64,000 bases of DNA, taken from NCBI RefSeq assembly GCF_036321535.1, contig NC_087444.1:44082001-44146000 (forward strand). The letters run 5' to 3'. Every line of letters starts with the position of its first letter. The first letter of the stretch is position 1. The notes under the pieces were generated by a model. That model was not told where the DNA came from and made no database searches. It saw only the letters and a list, made by a program, of their open reading frames with translations. This DNA comes from Camelus dromedarius (Eukaryota). The position numbers were made by a program, and so were the translations under genes. Below, in pieces: positions 24,659 through 36,510 of the stretch.

Positions 24659-27600
24659 ACTATGGCTCTTCTTAAATTTAATTCAAATCATTGCTTTTAA
24701 AAGAAAACACAATATTCCTTTGTTAAATGACCAGGATCCTATGCCATACTTAATGAAAAGCTATTCGTAAGAATAAAATTAAAAATTAATCTCCCTGTGC
24801 CACCTAAAATCACATTCATATTGCCTCTTATGGAGAGAGCTGCCGACACAGAAGAGGTAAGTGAGCAGCAGAGAAAGAATCTGGAACTTGAGGGTGGAGG
24901 CTGTGACTTGAGGGCCAGAAGCGTAGCTGCAGGGGACAAGCAGCCTCAGCAGATCTAAGGACCGGAGGCCTTTTTTTCACTAAAGCAGTGGAGCTGTTTT
25001 AGGAACAGACCTGAGTCCACACACCCTTGCCTGTAAACCTGTGAGGAAGTCAGGTACCAGTTTCTCAGCTCTCAGGTTCTGGGACCTTCCAACCACAAAA
25101 GGAAACATGTACTTGAAGGGTCACTAAAGAAGAAAATACTTTTGGAGTCAGAGAGACCAGGATCCATTTGTACTTAGTCATGTGTTCTTGGGGAAGAGAA
25201 TAGCCTTTCTAAGCCTCAATTTCCCCACCTGTAAAATGGTCACAACAATAGTACCTCACTTTAAGGACTGAGCTGATGAGGTTTGCAAAGCACACGCACC
25301 TCTTGGCACAGAGTTGGCTCTCTGCAAATGAGAATCACTTATGTTTTATCTTCTCTAAGATCTTTGAGGATGCAAACCACAGATATCAGCCTTTGCCTAA
25401 GTGATGAAGTAGCTAATGAAATCAGTCCCTCCTGAAAGAAGCGGCTCTGGCAGTCACCAGCTTCATTAATGAATTGCTCGTTAAAGTTCTTCCTGTTTGG
25501 CTGATGGGTGCAATTAATTGCCTGCAGCTGGTGGCCCTAACTAAATGGTAATTAATTCGGGGATTGGTCTGGAGGCAGGACAGGATTGGGGTGTATGGGG
25601 TCCCAGGCCACAGGAGGGGTTGCTGAGGCACCTGCTCTGGCCTATCCCGAGGTCTCTGGATATAGAGGCTTGGGGCCTGACTCCAGCCCCTGAGGCCTGG
25701 CCAGAGGGGGCCTTGGTGAGTGGGAATTACTTTTTGCACTGAGCTGTGCCAGGCCCTGGGGGGATTATCTCAGGTAATTCTTCCAGCCCTGGCCTGCCAT
25801 GTTGGGCGCTGCTGCTCTGGCCATGCACAGGTGAGGAGCACTGAGGCTAACAGAGGGCAGACAATGAGGTGTCAGGGCAGTGCTCCCTGTGCCCACACTC
25901 AGTGCTGCCTTTCCCCTGTGGTGGGGGCAGGCGGAGATCAGGACCACACACCAGGAGGGGCAGACACATGTCCTGATGGGCAGGCCATGTTGGGCCCTTG
26001 AGACTTATGTACGCTGTTCCTGGTCCCATTTCACTGATGTGGGACTGAGGCCCAGAGAGGGGCAGGGACTGGCCTGAGGCACAGAGTCAGAAGCCACAGC
26101 CTGGGTGTCCTACCTCAGCTCAGGGAATACAGTTTGAGCAGGGCTTGACACGCCAGCCTGGGCTGCCCAGCCAGGGGGCTACAGTGAGTTCTCACCCCTC
26201 CCCCTCGCGAGAAGCTACTCACCGAAGCCTGCTGTGGGGTAACACCTTCTTAAGGCAGCTGGTTTGAGGCTGCATGTTCTCAGCTGACGGGTTCCTGGAA
26301 GGCAGCTTTAACTGATCATCCACCCAACATCCTCCCAGCCCTGCCCTATCGGCTCCTTGAGTCACCTCAGCAACTAGGATCCCCAAACCCCACAAACCTT
26401 GAGGCCTGGTCAGAACACCCCTTGCCAGTGAGATGGAGCCGAAGGCAGGCAGAGGGATGACTGGCCTTTCCCCTTGGTTCACCAACAGGGAAAGCAAGGC
26501 TCAGAGAGGGAAGAGACCAGGCCACAGTCACACAGGTGGTCAGTGGTGGCAGAGTTGGTACTAGAACCCTGGAGTGCCCCCTTCCAGGTCAGGGAGCCAG
26601 TCAGTGGCCTATTGGGTGGCTTTGGTGGAGTCTCTGCCCTCTCTGGGTCTCAGTTTCTCATCTCTAAAATGAAGGGTTGCATGAGATTAAAAGAGCAAAG
26701 GCAGCACTAGTATCATGTCTCTTCTTTTCAGTTTACGTGGAGAAGTGCATGAAACAGTTTTTAATCATACAATTTTTAAAAAGATTTTATGTTCCAGGTG
26801 CTCTCTTAAGAGCATTACAATTAGTAACTAGTTTATTCTCCTATCAACTCTATAAGCTAGTTACTATTATGATTATCCCATATTGCAGACCTGGAAACTA
26901 AGGCCTGGAGATGGTAGATAACTTCCCATGGTTACACAGCTCAAACGTGAAGGAGCTGGGATTTCCAACCAGCCAATGCTTTCATCAGCCCACGGCCCTG
27001 TGCCCATCCATGGAGGAGGAGGCAGGAGGTCCTTAGGGCAGCAGTCTGGGGACAGGTGGACATAGGTGAGGTCACTTGGAGATATGCCAGTAGGCGGGGA
27101 GCTGGGCTCCACCCTCCTACCTCCCCAAGGAAGGGAAGGCATCTGATCTTTCCCTGAGTCCTGCTGGCCGTATCTAACTCACTTCTGCTCACACCACCTC
27201 AGAGGACACAGCCTCCTGGCAATAGTACACTGAAGAGGTGACAAAATGTAGGCTGGATGTATGTAGAGACTGCCATTGCGAAGAGAACATTTTCTTCTAT
27301 GCAACCCAACACAAAAAGTCCCCTCAGACCCTCAAAGTCAGTGGAACTAAAACTGACCTTAAGATATTTGTTTCCAGTGATGCCACACTTTCTCTTCCCC
27401 TTGAACACAGTTTAAAATCCTGAGTAACTTTTTTTTAATTACAGTGCTAAAAGGATTGTGAGAAATCAGCAGGCTGAATTTGAAGAGAAAATATAACCCC
27501 AGAGAGGTAAGCAAAATAACAGAACCACCAAAGTCACTTCTGTATGAAGGGTATTGGCAGATGCCATCCACTTGGCCTTAAGTCTGGGGGCTTTCAGAGG

Positions 27601-29224
27601 AAGCAGGACAGAAGTTAAGGCCAAGGGTTGGTCAAGGGAGGGGAGTCTTAAAGCAGACCCTCCCCATGTAGGTTAGGACCCCTTCCTCAGGAAAAGGGTA
27701 AGCCAGAACTAAAGCCTGTCCCTCCTCTTGCCTCCAGAAAGCAATTTGGGACTGAGAGGAGCAGAAGAGAAGGGGCAGGGGAAGAAGCCCGTCTGAGAAC
27801 TGGTAGCCACAGACTGACCCGCATGCGCTTTGCCACCCCAGGCACAGTAGCCTGGGGGAGACAAGGAACCTCAAGCTGTGAACCTGGTCTGAAATTTTTC
27901 TACCTGTAAGTGTCCCAACTGCCTATATAAGAAACAAATACAAGGCTGGAGGGGGCCACGTCCATTCCAGACCTTGGGGAAAGCCCCACAAATAATTTTT
28001 CAAAGCCAGTAACCGTAACCAGGTCAAAAATGACAAAATACATAAAGACAAGAGGGACTATAAGTCAGAACCAACAGAAGTAGAGCCATGATTACTGAAG
28101 ATACTGTAATTATCAGACAAAGAGGATAAAGTAATTACCCTTACTATGTTCTAAAAAAATGAACAAGCTGAAAATAACTTCAGAGAATAGTAAACTACAG
28201 AAAGTGACATGGCATTTTTTTAAAGAGCCAAAGGAAATTTCTAGAAACTTGAAGATAAATCAGAAGAAATTATCTAGAATGTACTCCATACAGACAAAAA
28301 AAAAAGAAAAAAAGAAAAAAAGAAAAGAATGGTAAGAGGGAACCATGGAGGATATAATGAGGGGAACATCTAACATATATTTAATCAGAATCTCAAGGAA
28401 AGAGAATAAATAGGTCAAAGGAAATATTTAAAGAGATAGTGACTGAATATTTTGAGTATTTTCCAGAATTGATGCAAGACACAAGTGGCCACAAATACCA
28501 GTGGCCCAGAAAAATCTCAAACAGAACAAAGAAACTGATATTTAACAGAAACAGAAAAAGCAATGAGAAAATATTAAAACCAGCCAGATAGAAAAGACCA
28601 TTTATTTTCGAAGGAGTGGCAATTAGACTTACAGATCATTCTCAACAGCAACAATGGAAACCATAGAAAAGTAGAATGAAATCCCTAATGTGATGAAGCA
28701 AAATACCTGCCAACCTAGACTCTATACTTAGCTGGATCATATGCAAGTCCAAGCTTTTGAAGACCCCTTAGGGCTCTTTCTAAGCTAACAGGTTGAAGAT
28801 GATGGAGAATGAAAGCAAAATAAAGACACTTTCTTTCAAGCGAAAACTGAGTTCATCACCAGCAAACCCCCACTAAAGAAAATTCTAAAACACGTACTTG
28901 AGGCAGAAGGAAAATTATATCTAGATGGAAGGTTGGAGATACAAAAAAAGAGTAAAGAGTAGAGAAAGTAGTAAAAATATGGACAAATGTATAAAACATT
29001 TACTGTATAGAACAGTAATTATAAAGTCTTGTGCAATTTAAAATAAAATGAAAATATTGTCCAATATAACATATAAATTGGGAGTGGGAAGTAGATAGAA
29101 TCAAAATGTTATAATATCAATGTGATGTTCAGGGAAGGGTAAAGGTTTTGATTAATTTTAGCCTTTGATAAATTAAGTGAGCAAGTTATCATTTTTAGGG
29201 TTAACATTAAAGCAAGGGTCAGGA

Positions 29225-29420
29225 CACTGACACATGGCTCAAACAAGCTTACAACCTGTTTTTGTACAGCCTGCAAGCTAAAAATGGTCTCGAAATACTT
29301 TAAAAGGGTTATAAAGATCCAAACAAAGAAGAATGTGTGACAGACTGTCTGTGGCATGCAAAGCCTGGAATATTTATCATTTGGCTTTTTACAGAAAAAA
29401 GATGCCAGCCTCTGCACTAA
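29225..29420. mobile_element. MER58-like hAT-Charlie DNA transposon inside the old L1
   Basis: cctgtttttgtacagcctgcaagctaaaaatgg...gcaaagcctggaatatttatcatttggctttttacagaaaa resembles the MER58 consensus. Confidence 0.7.
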
Positions 29421-31480
29421 AGGAACAGAAACAGAATATATCATTCCAAACTTGTTAAGGAAATAAAGGATATGGATTAAATACAGGCAAACAACTCTTT
29501 AAAGGCCAGAAAGAAAAGAAAAAAATACAATGAGTAAGATAAGGAGCACAAAATAAGATGGCAGATTTAATTCCAAATATTTACAGTAGGTACACATTAC
29601 ATTTACACTTACCTGTACATATGCATTAATTATAAGTGGACTAAATGCTCTAGTTAAAAGGCAAAAACTTCAGACTGTATAGAGAGAAATTATGTTGTTT
29701 AAAAATGAACAAACACATCTGAAACATAAAAATAGAGAAAAGTGTAAAGTAATAAAACAGAAATACTACTAAAAAGAAAGCTAATGTAGCTATATTTTAA
29801 AAGACAAAGTAGACTTTAAGGCAAAACACATTACCAGAGGTAAAGATAATAATGACATTAATTCCATCAGGAGGACAGAATAATATTAAATCTGTACATC
29901 CCTAATAACATAAGCTCAAAATACATACAGCAGAATTTAACAGAACTACATGGAAAAATAGATCAACAGCCACAGTAGATTCTAAAGTATCTTTTTCAAT
30001 TCAGTAAAGAAGATGAAGATATATAAGATTTGAAGAACTCAGTTAATAAACTAGACTTAATAAACATAAATAGAACACTGTACACAACAAAAGTAAAACA
30101 CCCATTTCAAACACATCTAGAACATTTCTAAATATGGCTCATATGCTGGGCCATAAAGCAAATCTCAATAAATCTCAAGGGATTTAAATCATTCAGATAG
30201 TGTATCTCTGACCACAATGTAATTAAGTTGGAAATCAATATAAAATATATAACTAGGCAATCCCCACATATTTAGAAAATTTAAAGACATACTCCTTTAC
30301 AACATACAGGTCAAAGAAGAAATCACAATTAAAAATTAAAATATTTCTAATTGAATAATAATAAAAACATCATATATTCAAAACCTGTTAGGAAATTTTT
30401 CTGAAGTAATACTTATAAGGAAATACATAGCATATATTAGAAAAACTAAAGGCTTAAAATTAGTTAAGTAAGCATCTACCTCAAGGAGTTAGAAAAAGAA
30501 CAATAAATTAAACCTGAAAAAGTAGAAGGCAGAAAAATAATAAAGATAAAAGCACCAGTTAGTAAATTAGTAAGCAAACATACAACTAAGAAAATCAACA
30601 AAAATCAAAATTGGCTCTTTGAAAGACCAACAAAATTGACAAACCTCTGGAGAACTGATAAAAGTCAAAGAAAAAAAGGCCCAAAAACCTGTGTCAGGTT
30701 GGAAAAGAGACACATCATTTATGCTATAACAGTAATCATATTAAACAGAATATTATGAACAATTTTATGCCCATAAATTTAACTATTAATCAAATATAAT
30801 TAAATATTATAAAAGTTCTAGGGAAATCTTGCTTACTTAATCTGAAGTAAGACATTCTTAACAGAAACAGAAATCCTAAATAGTCCTATATACTAAATAA
30901 CTTCCATCTATAGTCAAAGATCTTCCCATAGTGAAAACCCAAGATCAGAGAACTTCACTGGCAAATACCACAGAAAATTCTGGGATGAAATTATAATTTT
31001 AAGTTGGCCCAACCTCTTAATGAAGACTCATTTTATGAAGCTAGCATAATCTTGACATCAGAACCCAACAAGGCAGTATGAGAAATAAAAATTATGACTC
31101 TCTTTGAACAACACAGAGACAAAAATTCTAAACAAAGTGAGCAAACTAAATCCAGGAACATATAAAAGGATACTGCTGTGATCAAGTTAAGTTTAACCAG
31201 TACAAGGCAGATTTAACATTAGAAGAAAAATTAATGTAATTCACAACATTAACAAATCAAAGATGAAAATCGTAAGGATCATCACAATATATGCAAAAGA
31301 GATCTTTGACAAAATTCAGTATCTATTTATGATTTTTTAAAAAACCTTAGCAAATATAAAGGAACTTCCTAAATATGATAAAGGGTATATTTTTTAAAAA
31401 CCCTACAACAAATCTGATAAAGGGTATTTTTTTAAAAAAACTCTATAACAGATATACTGTCAAAAACTTTCCCTTTGAGA

Positions 31481-33092
31481 AATGGAAAGATACCTCATGC
31501 TCTCTGTTTGGAAAAATTAATACTGTTAAAATGGCCATATTATCCAAAGCAATCTACAGTTATAATGGGATCCCTATCAAATTACCCGGGACGTTTTTCA
31601 TAGAACTACAACAAATAATGCTAAAATTTATATGGAATCACAAAAGACCCAGAACTGCCAAAGCAATAGTGAAGAAAGGAATGAAGCTGGACTTCAGATA
31701 ACACTACAGAGCCACAGTAATCAAAATAGCATGGTATTGGCACAAAAACAGACATATCAATCAATGGAACAGAATAGAGAGCCCAGAAATAAACCCACAC
31801 AGCTATGGTCAATTACTTTTCAATAAAGGAGGCAAGAATACACAGTGGAGAAGACAGTCTCTTCAGTGAATGGTGTTGGGAAAGCTGGACAGCCACATGC
31901 AAATCAATGAAATTAGAACACTCCCTCACACCATACACAAAAATAAACTCAAAACAGCTTAAAGACTTAAATATGATAAGATACCATAAACATTCTAGAA
32001 GAGAACATTGGCGAAACATTCTCTGATATAAATGGAAGCAATGTTCTCCTAGGGCAGTCTACCCAGGCAATAGAAATAAAAGCAAAAATAAACAAATGAG
32101 ACCTAATTAAACTTATAAGCTTCTGCACAGCAAAGGAAATCATAAATAAAACAAAAAAAAAACCCTACAGAATGGGAGAAACTCTTTGTAAACAATGCAA
32201 TTGATAAGGATTTAATTTCCAGAATATACAAACACCTCATTACAACTTCATAACAAAAAAAAACCCAATCCAAAAATGGACAGAAGACCTANNNNNNNNN
32301 NNNNNNNNNNNNNNNNNNNNNNNNNNNNNNNNNNNNNNNNNNNNNNNNNNNNNNNNNNNNNNNNNNNNNNNNNNNNNNNNNNNNNNNNNNNNNNNNNNNN
32401 NNNNNNNNNNNNNNNNNNNNNNNNNNNNNNNNNNNNNNNNNNNNNNNATGCTGGATAAAGTATGGAGAAAAGGGAACCCTCGTACACTGTTGGTGGGAAT
32501 GTAGTTTGGTGTAGTCATTATGGAAAACAGTATGGAGATTCCTTAAAAAACTGAAAACAGACTCAACCTATGATCCAGAAATCCCATTCCTGGGCATATA
32601 NNNNNNNNNNNNNNNNNNNNNNNNNNNNNNNNNNNNNNNNNNNNNNNNNNNNNNNNNNNNNNNNNNNNNNNNNNNNNNNNNNNNNNNNNNNNNNNNNNNN
32701 NNNNNNNNNNNNNNNNNNNNNNNNNNNNNNNNNNNNNNNNNNNNNNNNNNNNNNNNNNNNNNNNNNNNNNNNNNACTTATTTACAAAACAGAGACAGATT
32801 CACAGACATAGAAAACAAACTCATGGTTACCGGGGCAGAAGGAGACGGTGGAGGGGATAAGTTGGGAGTTTGGGATTTGCAGATACTAACTACCATACAT
32901 AAAATAGATAAACAGCAAGGTTCTACTGTATAGCACCGGAAACTATATTGAATACCTTGTAATAGTCTATAATGAAAAAGAATATGAAAAGGAATATATA
33001 TATGTACAACTGAATCACTATGCTGTACACCAGAAATTAACACAACATTGTAAATCAATTATACTTCAGTAAAAAGAATAAAAAATTTTTTT
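31481..33092 (+). mobile_element. Younger 5'-truncated LINE-1 (ORF2 3' part and 3' UTR) with 17-bp TSD
   Basis: TSD AAACTTTCCCTTTGAGA at 31464-31480 and 33093-33109; ORF2 peptide ...[19 protein letters not shown]...[13 protein letters not shown]; A-rich tail. Confidence 0.93.
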
Positions 33093-33383
33093 AAACTTTC
33101 CCTTTGAGATAGGTAGCAAGATAAGGAAGCCTGCTATTACTGCAGCTTTTCTGCATGATTCTATAAGACCTAGGCTGTGCAATAAGAAAAGGAAGAGAAG
33201 CAAAATATACGTTTGGAAAGAAAAAAAAACAAACTTTATCATTCATAATGATAACATGAATACATTTTTTAAAACTACAGATAAACTATTATAATTAGTA
33301 AGAGTTTAGTAACGCTGCTGGATACAAAAAACCAATATTAAAACATCATTATACAATACTACATGAAATTTTTAAACGATCAT

Positions 33384-33825
33384 GTAATGGGCTCTGTTCA
33401 CTACAGGATGGCCCCACATGATTCCGGCTTCCGGGTAGTCGTGCCCCTCCCCAGGTGTGGGCTGTACTTAGTAACTCAGTTCTAATGAATAGAATATGGC
33501 AGAAATCACGAGATGTCATTTCTGACATCAGGTTTTTAAAAGACTGTGGCTTCCATCTTGGTTCTCTCTCCCTCTCTCTCAGATGACGTGCTCTGGGGAA
33601 GCCAGCTGCCAGGTCATGAGGCAGCTCTACGGGTTCCCTCCACAAGTCAAGCCTTTAGATAAAACCACAGCCCTAGCCATCAACTTGCCTGCAGCCTCAT
33701 AAAAGACCTTAATCCAGAGCGACACAGCTAGGTGCCTGACCCACAAAAACTGGAGATAATAAATGGTTGGGTTTTTGCCACTGAGTTTTGGGATAATCAG
33801 TCACATGTGGATAGATAACAATACA
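33384..33825 (+). mobile_element. MaLR solo LTR (MLT1-type)
   Basis: tgt...aca ends; gaatagaatatggcagaa, ggggaagccagctgccaggtcatgaggcagc and gagataataaat motifs. Confidence 0.75.
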
Positions 33826-34435
33826 GTCACCATTTACAATACATCAAAATATATCAAGTACGTGGAAATAAATCTTAGCAGAAATATGCAAAATTCAGAT
33901 AAAATTCTAAAACTTAGTTGGGACATACAGAAATAGTCTAGAGCACTCACCAACAGTCCCATCCATAGGAGGCTGCCTGATTTACAACAGAGGTGGTGTT
34001 TCTGAGCATTGAGGAAAGACCTGACTTTTCAATACATGGTGCTCAGATGGTTGGATATCCATGTGAGAAAAAAACAAAACAAAGCAAAATTCGACTCTAG
34101 CACATACCAGTCACGAAAATCAACTGCAGGTAAATTAAAGACCTGACGACGAAAAGCTCCAAAACTTCTGGGCAATGATATAGAAAGATGTCTTTCTGAC
34201 TTGTATCAAGGATGGATTTTTTGAACACAAAAGCACTAACCATAAAGTAGATGTTTAATACTTTATGAACTCAATTAAAACATACTGAACTGAAAATTTT
34301 CTATTCATCAAAAGACTACAGTGGAAAAAAGTGAACACACAAATCACAGAGTAGAATATAACTGCAATAGCATAAATGGCAAAGGAGTTGTATCCAGAAT
34401 ATATAAATATCTCCTACAAATCAATAAGAAAAAGA

Positions 34436-34810
34436 GGAGGAGACGCCAGGCGGCCGAAAGCGGCCCAAGCACGCCCTCCGCCCCCGGGACTCCGGCACCA
34501 AGGCGAGGCCGGGCTGACGCGGGCGGCCTTTTCCTCGCCAGAATCTCGACGCCGTCCTCCCCCAGCCCAGCCAGGACCGCGTCCGCCTGTACCTGTCGGC
34601 AAGAGAACCGCTGCTTCTCCTCAGGCCCCTCCTCATCCTCCATCATCATCATCACAGCAAGCGGTCCCTGGGAGGCGCTCGAGGACACAAAGAGGCTTCG
34701 GCCGGGAAGGCCCAGTCGGATTTTCCCGCCACGGCGCCGGGCGACGGGCCGCGTGGGGGCCCAAAGCGCGAAGCTGCCGGCTGCCGCCTCGCGCGCGCGA
34801 CCTCGGTAGG
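34436..34810 (-). pseudogene. CENPS: Inserted fragment of CENPS/APITD1: 5' UTR, coding exon 1 (34593..34643/34652) and about 155 nt of intron 1
   Basis: MEDEEGPEEKQRFSCRQ|gtacag versus recalled human MEEEAETEEQQRFSYQQ| (17 codons, phase-0 donor); E2F site GGCGGGAAA at 34730..34722; about 45 CpGs in 370 bp. Confidence 0.85.
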
Positions 34811-36334
34811 CCTTGCAAAATCCAATGTAGGTTTTTATAATTCCATCACCATAGTGTCACAAAGTCAGACCACGGATAAATGCTTGATTTCTATCCCACT
34901 CAGTGAATAAATTGCACACCCCATTAACATTGATAAAGGAGTACAGTTCTGACCCTAATGTTGGCTGATTTTCCTTTATGTCAAAAATTAAGTAAAAATT
35001 AAGTAAAATGAAACAATGAAACTCAAAAATAAAGAGGAGAAGTGAGGCTGAGACAAGGGCTTGGCTGTCTAGAAGATGATGCCAGAGGCGGAGTGAGGGG
35101 TGGCGAGAGTGAGACAGGGCAGGCAGACACCCCAATATAAGGGTGTTGTCAAGGTTGGTGCTGTAGACAGGGGCCCTCCAGGACCTCTGAGGAGCTCCAG
35201 AGCTGTTTCCATGAAGGTCAGGAGGTGGAGCACCTGCCCATCAGCTATTATGCCCCCATTCCAAGTTTGTCCCCCACACAGCAGCTGAAATCAGATTGAC
35301 CCTGGCACCAGAGACATATGCTACAAACAACCCAACGGGAAAAAGGCAAAAGATTTAAATAGACACTTTAAAAAAAAAAAGGCAGGATGAGGGAATCCAA
35401 CCAGCCAACCAGCCAATAAATATACGAAGAGATTCTGTATCTCATTAAATTGCCTTGGAAATACAATAACAATGAGATGCCACTACACCAAACAGGATGC
35501 CAATAATTAGCAATGCCAAGTGTGGCACCAGAGAGCAAGGGGAACGCTCAGCCAAGCAGAGGGGGACTGTAAATTTGTTCAGCCACTTCAGAAGACTGGC
35601 ATCATCTGGTGAAGTTGAAGATACCTATGACCTGTAGCCCAGAAATCCCACTCCCAGACATACACCTTTGAGAAACACGTATATATTTGCACCTCTACTT
35701 ACATACGAGAATGCTCATCGGAGTATTCCTTACAATAGCCCCAACCTGCAAACATCCGAAACATCCATCAACAGGAGAATGGGTTCACAGCTTGTCGTGT
35801 GGTCACGTACTGGATAGCATACAGCAGTGAACTTGAATAAACTGTACCTACACGACAACACAGATGAATCCTACAAACCTAATGATAAGTTGAAGAAACA
35901 TGGATTTTGCTTATATAAATTTCCAACAGGAAAAACCAAAACGAAGTTGTTCAGAGATACAGAAACAGGTGGTAAAATTATCAATACAAGTGAGGAAGTG
36001 AAGCCTCTAAATGTCAAGATGTTTCCCTCTCCGGTGTGATGGAGAAAGGAGGCTGGGGGGTTCTGGGTGGAGAGAGGGGGTTACATTATCGCCAGGGGAT
36101 TTGCTTTATAATTTTTGTTAAAATTGTGTGTATAGCCAGTAAATTCTCTATAGTTCACCATTTTCAATGTTTAAAAATAAAGAATTACATCAATAAAACT
36201 GATACACACACACACCACCTGTTCCCCCTTCGTGGGTTCTCTACTCCTGTTACAGAGAGGCCACCCAACAACCCAGGACCCCAAGTATCAGCCTTGATAA
36301 CTCAGTGAATGTGGGATAGACAGAGGATAGACAG

Positions 36335-36510
36335 ACAGTTGTTGGATGGATGGATGGATGGTCAGGTGGATGGCTGGATAAAGGGACAAATGAATGGATA
36401 GATGAACAAATGGAAAATAAAGGGATGATGGATGGATGGTCAGACAGAAGGATGAATGGATGAACAGATGAGTGAATGGACAAAGAGGCAAGTGGATGGG
36501 TGGATAAAAG
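36335..36510 (+). repeat. Degenerate (TGGA)n-type simple repeat
   Basis: ggatggatggatggatg arrays. Confidence 0.8.

Larger units (their letters stand above)
27190..36190 (+). mobile_element. Old, long, degraded LINE-1 (L1M-type) carrying nested insertions
   Basis: A-rich ORF1/ORF2-like remnants and L1 motifs (cagaatatataaa...ctcctacaaatcaataagaaaaag resuming as acaaacaacccaa at about 35323); boundaries approximate. Confidence 0.8.

Noticed and set aside
31375-32026. ORFs resembling a reverse-transcriptase-associated protein
   Set aside because: Frameshifted L1 ORF2 remnants inside a TSD-bounded insertion.
34344-34688. 114-aa minus-strand ORF as a novel gene
   Set aside because: Only 17-20 codons are CENPS exon 1; the rest reads through intron 1 and into L1.
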